A stretch of 53,350 nucleotides of DNA from Chiloscyllium plagiosum (lineage: Eukaryota): NCBI RefSeq assembly GCF_004010195.1, contig NC_057718.1, positions 75,681,504 to 75,734,853 on the forward strand, read 5' to 3'. Shown here in pieces: positions 1 through 12,702 of the stretch. Every line of letters starts with the position of its first letter. Position 1 is the first letter of the stretch. The position numbers and the translations under genes are program-made. The notes under the pieces are model-generated. The model made no database searches, had not been told where the DNA came from, and saw only the letters and a list, made by a program, of their open reading frames with translations.

Positions 1-202
1 GTCTAGATTAGAGTGGTGCTGGAAAAGCACAGCAGGTCAGGCAGCATCCAAGGAGCAGGAAAATCGAGGTTTCATGCTAAAGTCCTTCATTAGGAATAGA
101 GGCTCTATTCCTGATGAAGGGCTTTTGCCGAAATGACGATTTTCCTGCTCCTCGGATGCTGCCTGACCTGCTGTGCTTTTCCAGCACCACTCTAATCTAG
201 AC
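1..202. mobile_element. Penelope-derived fold-back element, family A (cut by window edge)
   Basis: 1-~100 is a near-perfect inverted repeat of ~103-202 (gtctagattagagtggtgctgg... / ...ccagcaccactctaatctagac), with a decayed hammerhead motif in each arm (ctgatgaagggcttttgccgaaa at 111-133). Confidence 0.8.
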
Positions 203-372
203 ACAGATGTTGGAACTGAGCCTTTTTTTTAACTCAGCCTTAGTTGAAAATAAATTCATTTATATCACACAGAAATTTATTGAGTTTGTATTCCTGGTCT
301 CTGTTGCATTGGTAGGTGGCGTCAGCTGGTTGTTACTGGGAATTCCTGAAGCTATCTTCAGGACCTTGAGCT

Positions 373-521
373 GGAAATGTGTTGCTGGAAAAGCGCAGCA
401 GGTCAGGCAGCATCCAGGGAACAGGAGAATCGATGTTCCCTGGATGCTGCCTGACCTGCTGCGCTTTTCCAGCAACACATTTCCAGCTCTGATCTCCAGC
501 ATCTGCAGACCTCACTTTCTC
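373..521 (+). mobile_element. Penelope-derived fold-back element, family A, 17-bp TSD
   Basis: Perfect ~55-bp inverted arms, ends ...ccagcatctgcagacctcactttctcc. Flanked by cttcaggaccttgagct at 356-372 and 522-538. Confidence 0.8.
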
Positions 522-1309
522 CTTCAGGACCTTGAGCTCAAGCATGATAAGTGGTCAAAATTTCCTTTTCTGTTGAATGATCACTTTCCAACAATGTTGA
601 AAAGATTGTTAAAGAAAGTCAGGTGAGGGCAGAATCAGGTTGAGTTGTATTGTCCGCCCTCATAATGGAAAAAGAAGCAGCCAACTCAGAGTTGCATGAG
701 AAAAATGATCACTTAGTACCTTAGATGTAGTAGACACCAGAGAAGCCCACCAGACAGAAATTTGAAGCAAATCATTTTAAAAAACAATAGACATGTGAAT
801 CAAAAGATGATATAGTATTTTTTCATAATTATTTAAAGAGTCAACACTACTTGAGGGGAGGAAGAAAAAATGTAACAGGACCCTTTATAAGACTCAGCCA
901 ATTTTCTTGCAACTCTTTGACCTTCAACCTTCTTGCTGATCTGGGATGGATCAGCAATTGTCCAAATGCAAGTCTTTGTCCTTTTTTTTCCATACGTTAT
1001 GATTCAGCTGAAGCATTTCTACTTGCTCTTATTTCTCTTGATGACTATGGTGATTATCCCAATTATCATTGCTTTGTGATCTATTGTTTAAGACAAAGGT
1101 GTGGTGACTTTATTATGGCTAACCAGCATTGTATGCAATAGCCCTGATGGGGACCAGACCAGGTCTCTGAAGAAACTTATTGCTGTAAAAAGTGTTAGGA
1201 TTTGAAAGGATTCAGTCTGAGTTGTGCTCACAATGGCATATAGTGATATTATGCAGACTTGGGCAGGAGAACAATTCTGGATCTCCAAAGAAATGGACGT
1301 ATCAAGTCT

Positions 1310-1514
1310 AAAGATGTGCAGATTAGGTGGATTGGCCATGCTAAGTGCCCATAGTATCCAGGAATATGCAGGTTAAGTGGATTAGCCGTGGGAAATATGG
1401 AGTGACAGGAATAGGATGGGCGATGGGTCTGGTTGGGATGCTCCTCAGAGGGTCTGGGTGGACTTGGTGGGCCAAATGGCCTGCTTCTACACTGTAGGGA
1501 GTCTATGATTCTAT
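1310..1514 (+). mobile_element. HE1/V-SINE, 5'-truncated
   Basis: aaagatgtgcag-ttaggtggattggccatgctaa ... gggccaaatggcctgcttctacactgtaggga-tctatgattctatg tail. Confidence 0.8.
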
Positions 1515-1736
1515 GAGTGTGGCACTGGAAAAGCACAGCAGGTCAGGCAGCATCCGAGGAGCAGGAGCGTCGACGGTTCGGGCATAATCCCTTCATCAGG
1601 AATGGTTTTCCTGATGAGGTGCTTATTCCCGAAACGTCGACTTTCCTGATCCTTGTATACTGCCTGATGGGCTGTTATTTTCCAGCGCCACACTTTTTGA
1701 CTCTGATCTCCAGCATCTGCAGTCCTCACTTTCTCC
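1515..1736 (+). mobile_element. Penelope-derived fold-back element, family A, inserted in a SINE tail
   Basis: Inverted arms around 1601-1608. Hammerhead-like ctgatgaggtgcttattcccgaaacgtc at 1611-1638. Flanked by ctatgattctat on both sides. Confidence 0.8.
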
Positions 1737-1968
1737 TATGATTCTATCAAATAAGACTCCCTCAGTTTTAACAACAATATCTATAATAGCAATGTAACGT
1801 GAACATGATGGCTATTGGTCAATAAATTACATCTTGTTTAAGGCAAGATCCCCTTATTGCAACTGACCATGTGTTTTTTTCTCTACCACACCAGAACAGG
1901 CAACCCTTCAGATTCAAACCTTAAAGAAGGATGGTGGCAGAAAATCTACGTGATATAGTTTCCATCAA

Positions 1969-2271
1969 GTGGCATGGTGGCTCAGTGGTTAGCATTACTG
2001 CCTCACAGCATCAGGGACTTGGGTTCAATTCCTATCTCGGGTGACTGTCTGTGTGGAGTTTGCACATTCTCCTTGTGTCTGCGTGAGTTTCCTCCCAAAA
2101 TCCAAAAAAAGTGCCAGTTAGGTAAAGTGGTCATGCTAAATTGCCCATAGTGTTCAGTGCATTAATCAGGGGTAAATATAGGGGAGGGGATATGTCTGGG
2201 TGGGTTACTCTTCAAAGAGTCGGTGTAGACTTGTTAGGCCCGTTTCCATACTGTATGGAAGCTAATCTAAT
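1969..2271 (+). mobile_element. HE1/V-SINE
   Basis: tRNA-derived head (tggctcagtgg A box, ggttcaattcc B box), V-domain tgtgtggagtttgcacattctcc, taatctaat tail. Confidence 0.85.
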
Positions 2272-3394
2272 GTCAGAGACGATGAGCCATCATATAGTGA
2301 GAAACGATACAGATTTATTTTGACTGCCCATGTAATTTGATGAACAGTGGCACGGATTCGAGTGAGCTTTAAAGTAATCTCCAGACATAGCTTTAAGAAG
2401 GCTAGTTGTCCAGACAGTCTGCAGTTGGGAAAGCTGCATATTCAAAAACAACTGCAGAAGAGTAACTGATGGTAAGATTCAACAAGCCAAAATCCAAAAA
2501 CAATGGAAAAATGCATTTCAGACTTGGTATGAGACAGTGTGAGTGAGATCATATACGGAAATAGTCATACTTGTCACACTTCAAACAGATTGCATAGATG
2601 CTGAATAACAGTAGAGGCAGACCTGAGACAAGGTTCATTTGGTGAGCAAACAAACACCAGTGGCTGCGTGAGTAAAGTTCAAATCCCTGGTGGACAAGAA
2701 GAAAAGTATATAAAAATATAGGCTGAGAAAACTATAAGAAAGTTCTTACAGCGCAAAGTGAGCACTGCCACCATTGCATGTGACTACCATGAGGCATGGC
2801 TACAGTAAGGGAAATTAAGAGTCACAGAAGTAAATTAAAAATAAGGTTGCAGCAGCAAGAACATCACAAAGTCCCAATTAAAATAATTATGGGGCACTTT
2901 AGAAGCTGAGGCAGGCAAAAGCTAATGGAAAAGAATGTAAGAAGATTACTGAGGCTACAGAGGAAAGTTAGAGATCAGCTATTTATACCTTAGCCAAAGC
3001 AGGACAAACTTGTTAAGAACATAGACAGTGAGACTCATCCAGGGTAAAAAACAATTAGAAATCAACAGCATCATCCACTGCACTGCAGACAACACAAATC
3101 AACTAGTGAAATACATTAAAGAGAATAAGATTCATCCTTTTGAACTATAAAAAGCATAATTCATTTGGTAAATCCTGGAAATTTTAGAGTTGGGACAAAT
3201 AGAATATAGATTGCACACCTCAGAAAAGGTAGTTCTTAAGATACAGAATTGTTTCCAAACTAGATACTAAATCAGAATCTGAACGAGCAAACGCACTCAG
3301 GTTAGATGGGCTTCAGATTGGTTTCACAGGGCAGTGCAACATCGAGGGCCAAAGGGCCTGTACTGCACTGTAATGTTCTATGTTCACTTTTAGA

Positions 3395-3715
3395 GTTTAG
3401 AATCCCTACAGTGTGAAAAATGGCCATTTGACCCAATAAGTCCACACCAACCCTCTAAAGAGTAACCCATCCAGACCCATTCCCCCATATTTCCCCCTTA
3501 CTAATGTATCTAGCCTATACATCCCTGAACACTATGGGCAATTTAGCATGGCCAATTCACCTAACCTGCACATCTTTGGATAGTGGGAAGAAATCCATAT
3601 AGACACAGGACGAATGTGCAAACTCCACACAGACAGTTACCCAAGGTTGGAATTAAATCCAGGTCCCTGGTGCTGTGAAGCAGCAGTGCTAACTACTGAG
3701 CCACTATACCACCCT
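3395..3715 (-). mobile_element. HE1/V-SINE
   Basis: Reverse complement of the same SINE (atttagcatggccaattcacctaacctgcacatctttgga; tgtgcaaactccacacagacag). Confidence 0.85.
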
Positions 3716-5134
3716 GTATTCAAGTGGAACAAAGCTGATGATGTTGTCATTAAACTATACGTACAAGAAAAATAGGTACTTTTGAAGAAGTTTTTCAAAC
3801 TTTGACAATTATTTTAACTGTAGGATGAATATATTTTCTGAAAGAGCAAGACTTAACAGAAGAGTTGAGCATTCAGTAAAATTTGTTAATAACCCTTACT
3901 GATAATGGAAAAATGTAACTTATGGAGCCTTGAAATCAGAGTTCATAAGAGACAAAATTAGCGACAAATTGTTGTTATTGTCAGATTTATTATAGAAGAT
4001 CTGACTAACATCTTATACACTATCTCTCCACAAGTGTTTCTCCATTATTAATCCTTATATATTGATCTAATTACATAGAGGTCCAGAAGCATCATAGTTC
4101 AACCCTACAAGAGAAGAGCAACCTTATCACAGGAAATCAGATTACTTGATGCTGGACTTGCTATTTTCCACTGCTCTCACTGTGTTTTCGCTGTCTCAGT
4201 GCCACTTTTACCTCTACTGCTGGTCTCGCAGTTCCCCATTGACCCCCCCACTTTGTTCTCACCATCAACATGCTGCTTTTATTCCCAATGCCAATCTTGC
4301 TTTTCCTCTGCTGCCCAGCTGTATTCTTGCTACTTCTGCACTATATTATAAAGAATAAAGGTTTACTCACGTGGATTGAAGATAAGTTGCATATGCCACC
4401 ATGAAAAGTGGGAAGATAAACGTTCACAGATTCAGAATGCATTCAAAAAGAAATTGCCTAGCTCAAAGGTCCAGGATGCTTGCAAAAACAGAAAATGGCC
4501 TGGTTCAGAGGTCTAGGATTTCATAAAAAGGTTCCTGTTTCAACAGGGCACCCATCCTCTGTGAAGGAAATTCGGGTAATTGAATATCCTCCAGACTCTG
4601 CTATGAGCAATTGCCTGGTTCAGCCAGAAACATGTCCTCTGCAAAGGAAATTCATGAGATTAAAGTTCCCACAGATAAGGTAATAGAGCAGATGTCTTTT
4701 CAGCAGGAAAGCTTAAAGTTGACAGGAACTTTATAGTCTTCTTACTGTCATGAATTGAATCAAGATCAACAGTCTTCAAACCAAAGACTTAGCTATTTTC
4801 CAAAGTGCTCTTCAGTAAAGTAGCAAAACCATTGGATCACTTGTAATGCCAAACACGTGGATAGAGATTGAGTATTGGTAAATTTAATTATATCAATATA
4901 TAAGGATTAATAATGGATAAACACTTGAGGAGAGATAGTGTATAAGATGTTAGACACTGAAGGGGTTAATGCTGAGGAGTGCATTAAGCACTGCACAACG
5001 TGATGATGTCATATGGACTTGGATAGGAGAATGGCTTTGGATCTCAAAGGACATCTCCTTCATAGGCATGTAACAATGTCTATTATACCAATTTTGCTTC
5101 TATCCGATTGCTGTTGGAGAATAAACTACATCTT

Positions 5135-5484
5135 AGAATCCTAGAATCTGAACAATTTGGAGAGAGGCCATTCAGCCCAGTGAGTCCGCACTGACCTGCC
5201 AAACAGCATCCGAGCCGAAGCCACACAAACTCAAACCCATCACCCTATCCCAGAATCCCACATTTACCTGGCTCATCCATCTAATCTGCACATTTTTGAG
5301 AAAACTGGAGCAACCGGTGGAAACCCAAAGAGAGACGGGAGAATGTGTAAACTCTAGACAGACAGTAATCCAAAGAGGTAAAAACAATGACTGCACTGAT
5401 CCAGACAGTAATCCAAGGCTGGAATCAAACCTAGGTCTCTGGTGTTCTGAGGCAGCAGTGGCAAGCACTGAGCCACTGTGCCAT
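5135..5484 (-). mobile_element. HE1/V-SINE (diverged) with a 28-bp internal insertion
   Basis: SINE head at the right end (gaggcagcagtggcaagcactgagccactgtgcc). Insertion 5374-5401 flanked by cagacagtaatccaa. Confidence 0.75.
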
Positions 5485-8349
5485 CAATTTTGTTTAAGAC
5501 AACAGCCTCTTCTCGTTAGACTACCAAGTGGTTTTCCTCTACCACTTAGATGAAACAGGAACTTTAGTTCTCAAATTAGAGGATGATGGCTGCAAATCTC
5601 CCTGACATTTTTCACAAAGGTGACAGTGGTGCAGTTGCAACATCGAACACTTGTTATTGACGTGTAAGTATCAGTACTCTATCCTTCTAAACGTATACCC
5701 CAAGATCCCGTTTTCTTTCTTCACTAATGAGGTACAAGTTATTTCTATATGTAGCAGTCAGCAAATAGATCTTTTGTCTGTAGCTCTTTTTTTATTGATC
5801 TGTTTTTATAACTTATTAACCAGCAGGATCTAGTTTTGATGTCTCTGCCATTTAATATGCAGCTAGAGGTGTGTATGACCACAGTTTGCCTGTTAATTCA
5901 TATTTACAGCAACTTAATTCTACTCATTAGAGCATAAGATAAATATTGTTGACCATTTGCTTTTCTGGCTTTTGTACTTTTGTGTTTGTTTAACAACAAT
6001 GAAATCTTGTTTATTTCTTCTCTAAGTGAGTAATTGGGATTTCAAATTGTCTCTAATTAACAGCAAAAAGGTTTCTAGCCCTTAATTGGACCACAGTGAA
6101 ATTTAGGGATCTTATTTAAGAACATAATACCATCCCACTGCTATGATTAATTTACTTGGCCTTCCACACTATTCTAATGGAACTCAAAGACGCTTGATTA
6201 ACAGCCTAATTGTTCTGTTATAGAATTTATGTGGCCTCAAAATTGAGTTCAACAACTTTAATTCACAACTACCACCACTATCTTTGCAGACATTAGATAG
6301 TAGTAAACCTATTTCTATTTATACCTCCTCTGCATCCACCTTTAGCGATTTAGTTTAACCTATTGCCCCCTTCTTTTGCTTTGTACATCATCCCTCTTGT
6401 CATTTACTGACTGCTGCCTTCCACCCTGTCTTGTATCTTCCCTTAATTCTGGGTACTCAACCATTACCATTTTCATAGTGAACAGTTTGTTAGCACCCCA
6501 TCATGGAGTGGGCAATCTTTCACAAGCTGAAGGATTCTATGGGTCTTCACAAACCTACTTTAGATTTTTGACTGATTTTTAAAAAGATTGATCAAAGGAC
6601 GACAGAGCAATGAAGTAAGGCAAGTAGGTAGTTCATATACTGAATAACACAGATCCTGGGTGTTGGAGGATTGGGTAGTATTCTTATTATAAGGTTTAGA
6701 CACATCTTAAACACATCTCAGTAAGGTTTCCGCTTCACCCATTTGTTATTTTTTACTTATTCACTCATGGGACGTGGGTGTCACTGGCTGTCCAGTATTT
6801 ACTGCCCGAACCAGGTTGTCCTTGAAAAGGTGGTGGTGAGCTGCTATCTTGAACCATTGCAGTTCATGTGCTCTAGATGGACTCACATTACCTATATTGT
6901 TGTAATTTTCTTAGTTAAGTTTAAAATCTTTCTTCTGTGGTGCAGTAGCAAAACAAAAGCATATGTCCCTATAACTGAATAAAATTTTCATAGAACAAGC
7001 AAATGAAAGGTTAAACTAAAGCATATTACTGTTATCTTGAGTCAAAATATTCACTTTCAGTAAACTATGTCACATTTTTACCACAAGATATAACATATAT
7101 TGCTTCATTTTTTAATATAATGTTGAACATTTGCTGAGCCTGAGAAATAAATAAAACATTCCAAGAAATACCATTAACATGCTTACAGCTTCTGCCCTCA
7201 GGTAAGTTAAGTGCAAATGAGTCATCTTCCTTCATCACAGATTTGAAGTTTAATGAAAGCAAAAATGTGCTATGAGCAGCAAACATACCTTTGTCTTTGA
7301 GAGCTTAAAGCCATTCTATACAACATATAATTTACACTTGAACATATTAGAAATGACAGGATCTAAAGGTTCATCCAGCCTGTCCCACATAATTGTGATG
7401 TTCTGTGCCTCTAAACAGACAATCCTTACCCACCAATAAATTCCTAGATAGGCAAAAAAAATCTAAGGGATAATATCTGTGGTTGTTCCAGGGGCCAAAT
7501 GGCTTATGGCCTATCCTCCCATGTTTCATACATCATCCATGCCGTCCTTATCCTCTACACATCAATGAAGTCCTTTATCACCCCCTGTCTATTTCAAGCC
7601 AACCCATGCCCCTAGCCACCAGTTATACCCTCCATGCCAATTTAGTTTGTATCCACCATAGGTAAACTTCAGGATCCCTGCTGAGACAAATTTTAAAAAG
7701 TTTTAGGCATCAATTGATATGTTGAAAAAAGTATGTTTTTTTAACTATGTTAGAAAAAACTCCCATTGATTAAAAAATTCACTGCATTAAAATATTTACA
7801 ACAACTTAATTCCTTATGTTTAAAAATTGCATCATAATTTCACATCAAAGACTTTATAACCATTTGGAGCTATCAATCAAACTGTGAACCTACAGGGACC
7901 CTATTGTAATAATGATAGGGCTTAAACCAGTGATGCAGAACAAATACTATAAAATGTGTCAATAAAGTGAAATAGCAACTAATTAATTTTTTGAAACTGT
8001 AGACATTTTCTTCAAAATATTGAATGCCTTCATAGATTAACAGTTCCCTTGGCAGTTTGACATTTCCAATGGATTTTATGGATTCAATTAGTTTATCCAC
8101 TTTTAATACACAGCTATGCCTACTTCTAACAATCCCAAAAGATACTTTCCCTCTCCCAAAGGGCACTTTATCTCTTCAAAAGTCTCTCTGAACCTACCTA
8201 AACGATCTATTGCCTTTAAATAAGGACTCTCTGCATAATTAAGTAACTACAATAACTTTAAACGTTTTCTGGACAAATGAAAAGCCCACAAACCATGTTT
8301 TGGATATCTTAATAGCAATTTAAAAATTGCTCGCTTGTTAGGTCAACAC

Positions 8350-10090
8350 TCATCGCCCATCCCTAATTACCCTTGAGAAGATGGAGGTAAGTGCTCTTCT
8401 AGAACCATTATATTTCACGTGGTGTCGAAAAGTTATGTTAGGAAGACAGTTCCAGGATTTTGACTCAGCAACAGTGAAGGAATGACAATATTGTTCCTAG
8501 TCAGGCTGATGTGTTGCTTGGAGGGTTAGTTACATTTGGTGATGTACCTTCTGCCCTTGTTCTATTCAATGATTGAGATTATGATTTGGAAGATGCTGCT
8601 GAAGAAGTCTTGATGAGATGCTACAGTATCTCTTATACATGCACACATTGCCACCACTGTGTGTTAGTAGTGGGGAAGTAAATGTTTAAAGTGGTGGATG
8701 GGATGCTGATCAAATGAGTTGCTCTGCCCTGAATAGTGTCAACCTTCTTGAATTTTGTTGGAACTGCGCTCATCCAGGCAAGTGGATAATATACCTTCAC
8801 ACTCCTGACTTGAGCTTTACTGATGGTAGATAAGCTTTGGAGAGTCAGGAGTTGATTTATTTATTGCAGAATTTCAGCACCTGAACTGCCCTGTAGCTAC
8901 ATTATTTAAATTGCTCATCCAGTTCAGTTTCTGCTAAATGCTAACTCCCAAAATATTGATAGTGGAGGAATTCAGAAATAGTAATGACTTCTAATGTTTA
9001 AAAGAAATGTTTAGATTCTCTCCTGTTGGAAATTGTGACTGATCAGTATTTACATGGTGCTAATGTCACTTGTCATTCATCAGCCCAAGCCTGGATGTTG
9101 GCCAGATATTGTTATATGGACATGGACTACTTCAATATCTGAGGAGTTGTGTATGGTGCTGAATATTGTGAAATCATGAGTGAACATCCCCACTCCTGAC
9201 TTTATGATAAAGGATAGATCATTAATGTAGCAGGTAAAGATTGCTGAGCCTAAGACACTACCCTGAGGAAATCCAGCAGTGATATTCCAGGAGTGAGATG
9301 ATGCATCATCAATTACCACAGCCATCTTCCTGCTAGGTCTGACTCCAACTCGTGAGGTGGTTTTCATCCCAGTCCTCATTGACTCAAGTTCCACTAAGGT
9401 TCTTTGAAGCCATATTCAGTGCCAAAAACAGTCACTTTCACCTCACTTTATGAGTTCAGCATTTTTGTTCCTGTTTGGACCAAAGCTATAAAGAGGTCAA
9501 GAGTTGTCCGAATGGAACTCAAACTGATCATCAGTGACCAGGTTACTTTTGAGTAAGTGTCACTTGATTGCACTGTTAACATCTCCTCATTATTGTTAAT
9601 TGAGAGTAGATAGGTGAGGGGGTAATTAGCAGGGGGCAATTGGATTTGTCCTGCTTTTTGTGGACTGGGCATACCTTAACCAGCTTTATTCGGGATATGG
9701 ATAGTTTTGGAGTAAGTTGCTGGAATGTTATCAGAGCCTATAGTGTTGACAGCATTCATACCCTTCACATGCAGTGAATCAAATTGGCAGAAGACTGTAT
9801 TGCTGAGGACCTCAGGAATAGGGTCACCCACTCAGCATTTCTGGATGAAAATGGCTGCAAATGCTTCAGCCTTGTCTTTTGCACTGACATACTGCCCTCA
9901 CTCCCTTATTATTAAGAATAGGATCACTCATGAAGCCTCCTCATCCTGATAATTGTTAAATGTCCATTACCATATTTGACTGGATGTGCCTATACTGCAG
10001 AGCTTAGATCTGATTCATTGGTTGTGGGAATGTCTATAGCTCTGTTTATAGCAAGCTACTTCCTCTGTTTGACATGTAGGAGTCCTGGGT
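8350..10090 (-). mobile_element. L2/CR1-clade LINE fragment (same family as 33960-37040)
   Basis: RT remnant AGFPQGSVLGSAIFTCYINDL in ORF 9080-9394. 3' end (cgcccatccctaattacccttgagaag) matches 36975-37000 in reverse. Confidence 0.75.
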
Positions 10091-10283
10091 TCAGGGTTAG
10101 AACTTCTGGAAATACAGCCTGGCACCATTTTGGTTCAGAGTAAAACATTTTGCTGTTGCAATACCTCAGGATTAAATGTCTGTGTTGATCACCCAACCAG
10201 CTGAAGTAATCTTTAATTCATGCACTAATAGTGAAGGTATTCTAATAATTGTCAGTAAAACTATGATTTAGGAGTACCTTTAG

Positions 10284-10911
10284 TCTAGATTAGATTACTT
10301 ACAGTGTGGAAACAGGCCCTTCGGCCCAACAAGTCCACACTGACCCACNNNNNNNNNNNNNNNNNNNNNNNNNNNNNNNNNNNNNNNNNNNNNNNNNNNN
10401 NNNNNNNNNNNNNNNNNNNNNNNNNNNNNNNNNNNNNNNNNNNNNNNNNNNNNNNNNNNNNNNNNNNNNNNNNNNNNNNNNNNNNNNNNNNNNNNNNNNN
10501 NNNNNNNNNNNNNNNNNNNNNNNNNNNNNNNNNNNNNNNNNNNNNNNNNNNNNNNNNNNNNNNNNNNNNNNNNNNNNNNNNNNNNNNNNNNNNNNNNNNN
10601 NNNNNNNNNNNNNNNNNNNNNNNNNNNNNNNNNNNNNNNNNNNNNNNNNNNNNNNNNNNNNNNNNNNNNNNNNNNNNNNNNNNNNNNNNNNNNNNNNNNN
10701 NNNNNNNNNNNNNNNNNNNNNNNNNNNNNNNNNNNNNNNNNNNNNNNNNNNNNNNNNNNNNNNNNNNNNNNNNNNNNNNNNNNNNNNNNNNNNNNNNNNN
10801 NNNNNNNNNNNNNNNNNNNNNNNNNNNNNNNNNNNNNNNNNNNNNNNNNNNCCCGGGTCTCTGGCGCTGTGAGGCAGCAGTGCTAACCACTGTGCCACCG
10901 TGCCGCCCACA
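10284..10911 (-). mobile_element. Young HE1/V-SINE spanning an assembly gap
   Basis: Tail tagattagattacttacagtgtggaaacaggcc on the left and head ...ccactgtgccaccgtgccgcccaca on the right of the N run. Confidence 0.8.
10349..10851. other. Assembly gap (503 N)
   Basis: Run of N. Confidence 1.
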
Positions 10912-11248
10912 ATAATAGTCTAATAATAAGGGATTACAGATTACAACATTGATATATCCAAAAGCTAATATAGTAACAATATTCCCTATTTGATTGATGA
11001 GCACATTACACTACTTAGACATTACAAAGAAAAGAGAATACTCTGTATGACAAAGAATGAAGGTTACTTATGAGACTGATCATTGGTAAAGTGTATGAAG
11101 AACTATCTGAGGAGGAACAAAAATTTACTAATAGCTTAATGAGGTTTTACAGAAGTTTCAATATTGTATGTGTTTTTAAAAGTTAATTTTCTATTCCTTT
11201 TTGTACAAATTCACCTCTTTGTAGATTATAAAAGTTACACTACAGTCT

Positions 11249-11490
11249 TAGAGTCATAGAGGTGTACAGGACTGGTCAGTCCAAATTGTCCATGCCAACC
11301 AGATATCCTAAATTAATCTAGTCCCATTTGCCAGCACTTGACACATATCCCTCTAAACCCTTCCTGTTCATATACCCATCCAGATGTCTTTTAAATGTTG
11401 TAATTGTACCAGCCTCCACCACTTCCTCTGGCAGCTCATTCCATACATGCACCACCCTTTGCGTGAAAGAGTTTCCCCTCTCACCCTAAA
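11249..11490 (-). mobile_element. CR1/HER1-like LINE 3' fragment
   Basis: tagagtcataga tail and 3' region shared with 23150-23430. Confidence 0.8.
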
Positions 11491-11991
11491 CTAAAATTCT
11501 GAAAAAAAATTTGATTAATTTAATCAATGATTTTGTGATACCTGTTTGAGGGAAGAAACATGATGAGATATAATTGTGTTTTGGCTGGTCTATTATTCCT
11601 CACCTCACTTTATGATTTATTTATATTTTATTATTTGGATATTTGGTAGGAGTTATTAAAGCCTGTCATCATAATTTACAGGACAATTAGGTGTTGTAAC
11701 ACTTTTCAGGTATGGCTCTTTTGTATGACATGACAGATATTTCTAAAATGAGACATGTTCTCTTTTGCTTCTTGTAAAGGGTGTATATGTTATTTTTTAG
11801 GAACAGTCTATTTATTTTCTTCTTCCTACTATTCCAGTTCAGATTAAATTGAAATATAAAATATAAAATATAATTTATTGCTGTTACTATTCATTCATTG
11901 GCTCTTTTTTTTCTGATACTCCAAGGATCCAAATGGCCTCATTTGAAGTTAATGAATGGTCACTAGTTCTCTCAATTTGAGGCTGAATTTG

Positions 11992-12250
11992 ATGTGGAGG
12001 TGCCAATGTTGGACTGGGGTGCGAGGGGGAGCAAAGTCTGAAGTCACACAACACCAGGTTATAGTCCCACAGGTTTATCTGAAATCACTCAGGCTTTCAA
12101 AGCACAGCTGTTCATCAGGTACAGTGAAAGAGCAGGGTACATGTGTGCCCTAATCTCTCACAGCACCTGACAAAGGGGCTGCACTCCAAACATCTATGCC
12201 ATTTCAGATAAACCTGTCGGACTATAACCTGGTGTTGTGTGACTTCAGAC
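11992..12250. mobile_element. Penelope-derived fold-back element, family B, 14-bp TSD
   Basis: Arms agtctgaagtcacacaacaccaggttatagtcc.../...ggactataacctggtgttgtgtgacttcagact with decayed hammerhead remnants inside. TSD tgaggctgaatttg (11978-11991) / tgaggctgagtttg (12251-12264). Confidence 0.75.
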
Positions 12251-12702
12251 TGAGGCTGAGTTTGGTCAACTCTATTTTTGTCACCTTTGGTTATGATAGA
12301 TCTCCCCCACACTTTCATTGCTAGTTTGAATTGCACAGTATTTCATTTTTATTATATTAGACTGAAATGCAACTTAGATTGTCATTTAATATGACTTTCC
12401 TGAGAATTTACTGGCCAAGTTATTCTGATCTGAATCTGTTGTCTGACAGAGTGATGGAAGCTAATTCATTAGCTCCTATAAAAGGGAATATACACTTGTA
12501 ATGAAAGCATTTCCAGGGATGAGAAGTAGAATTAATTGGTTAGCCTAGGAAAGAGCTGGTACAAGAATGATGGGCTTATTAGCTTCAGTCGGTCATAAAC
12601 GATTTTATGATTCAGTTAGCTGAAACTTATAACCACTAAAAACAAGACAGCTTTGTAGTAAGAAAATAATTAAAGTAATTATGTTTTATTTTGTGTTTGC
12701 AG

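Noticed and set aside
207..626. 139-aa ORF with a hydrophobic stretch, as possible IMPG1 exon 1
   Set aside because: Starts at TTG, runs through a palindromic repeat, and has no convincing similarity or phase-1 donor with an upstream ATG.
7141..7207. Perfect CAG|GTAAGT donor as possible exon 1 end
   Set aside because: The required frame has no ATG after the in-frame TGA at 7141 and is not signal-peptide-like.
10285..11004. Four long ORFs of 188-239 aa
   Set aside because: Artefacts of translating through the N gap.
11560..11650. Hydrophobic ORF MMRYNCVLAGLLFLTSL... as signal-peptide exon
   Set aside because: AT-rich low complexity, no recognisable IMPG1 similarity, and no convincing phase-1 donor.
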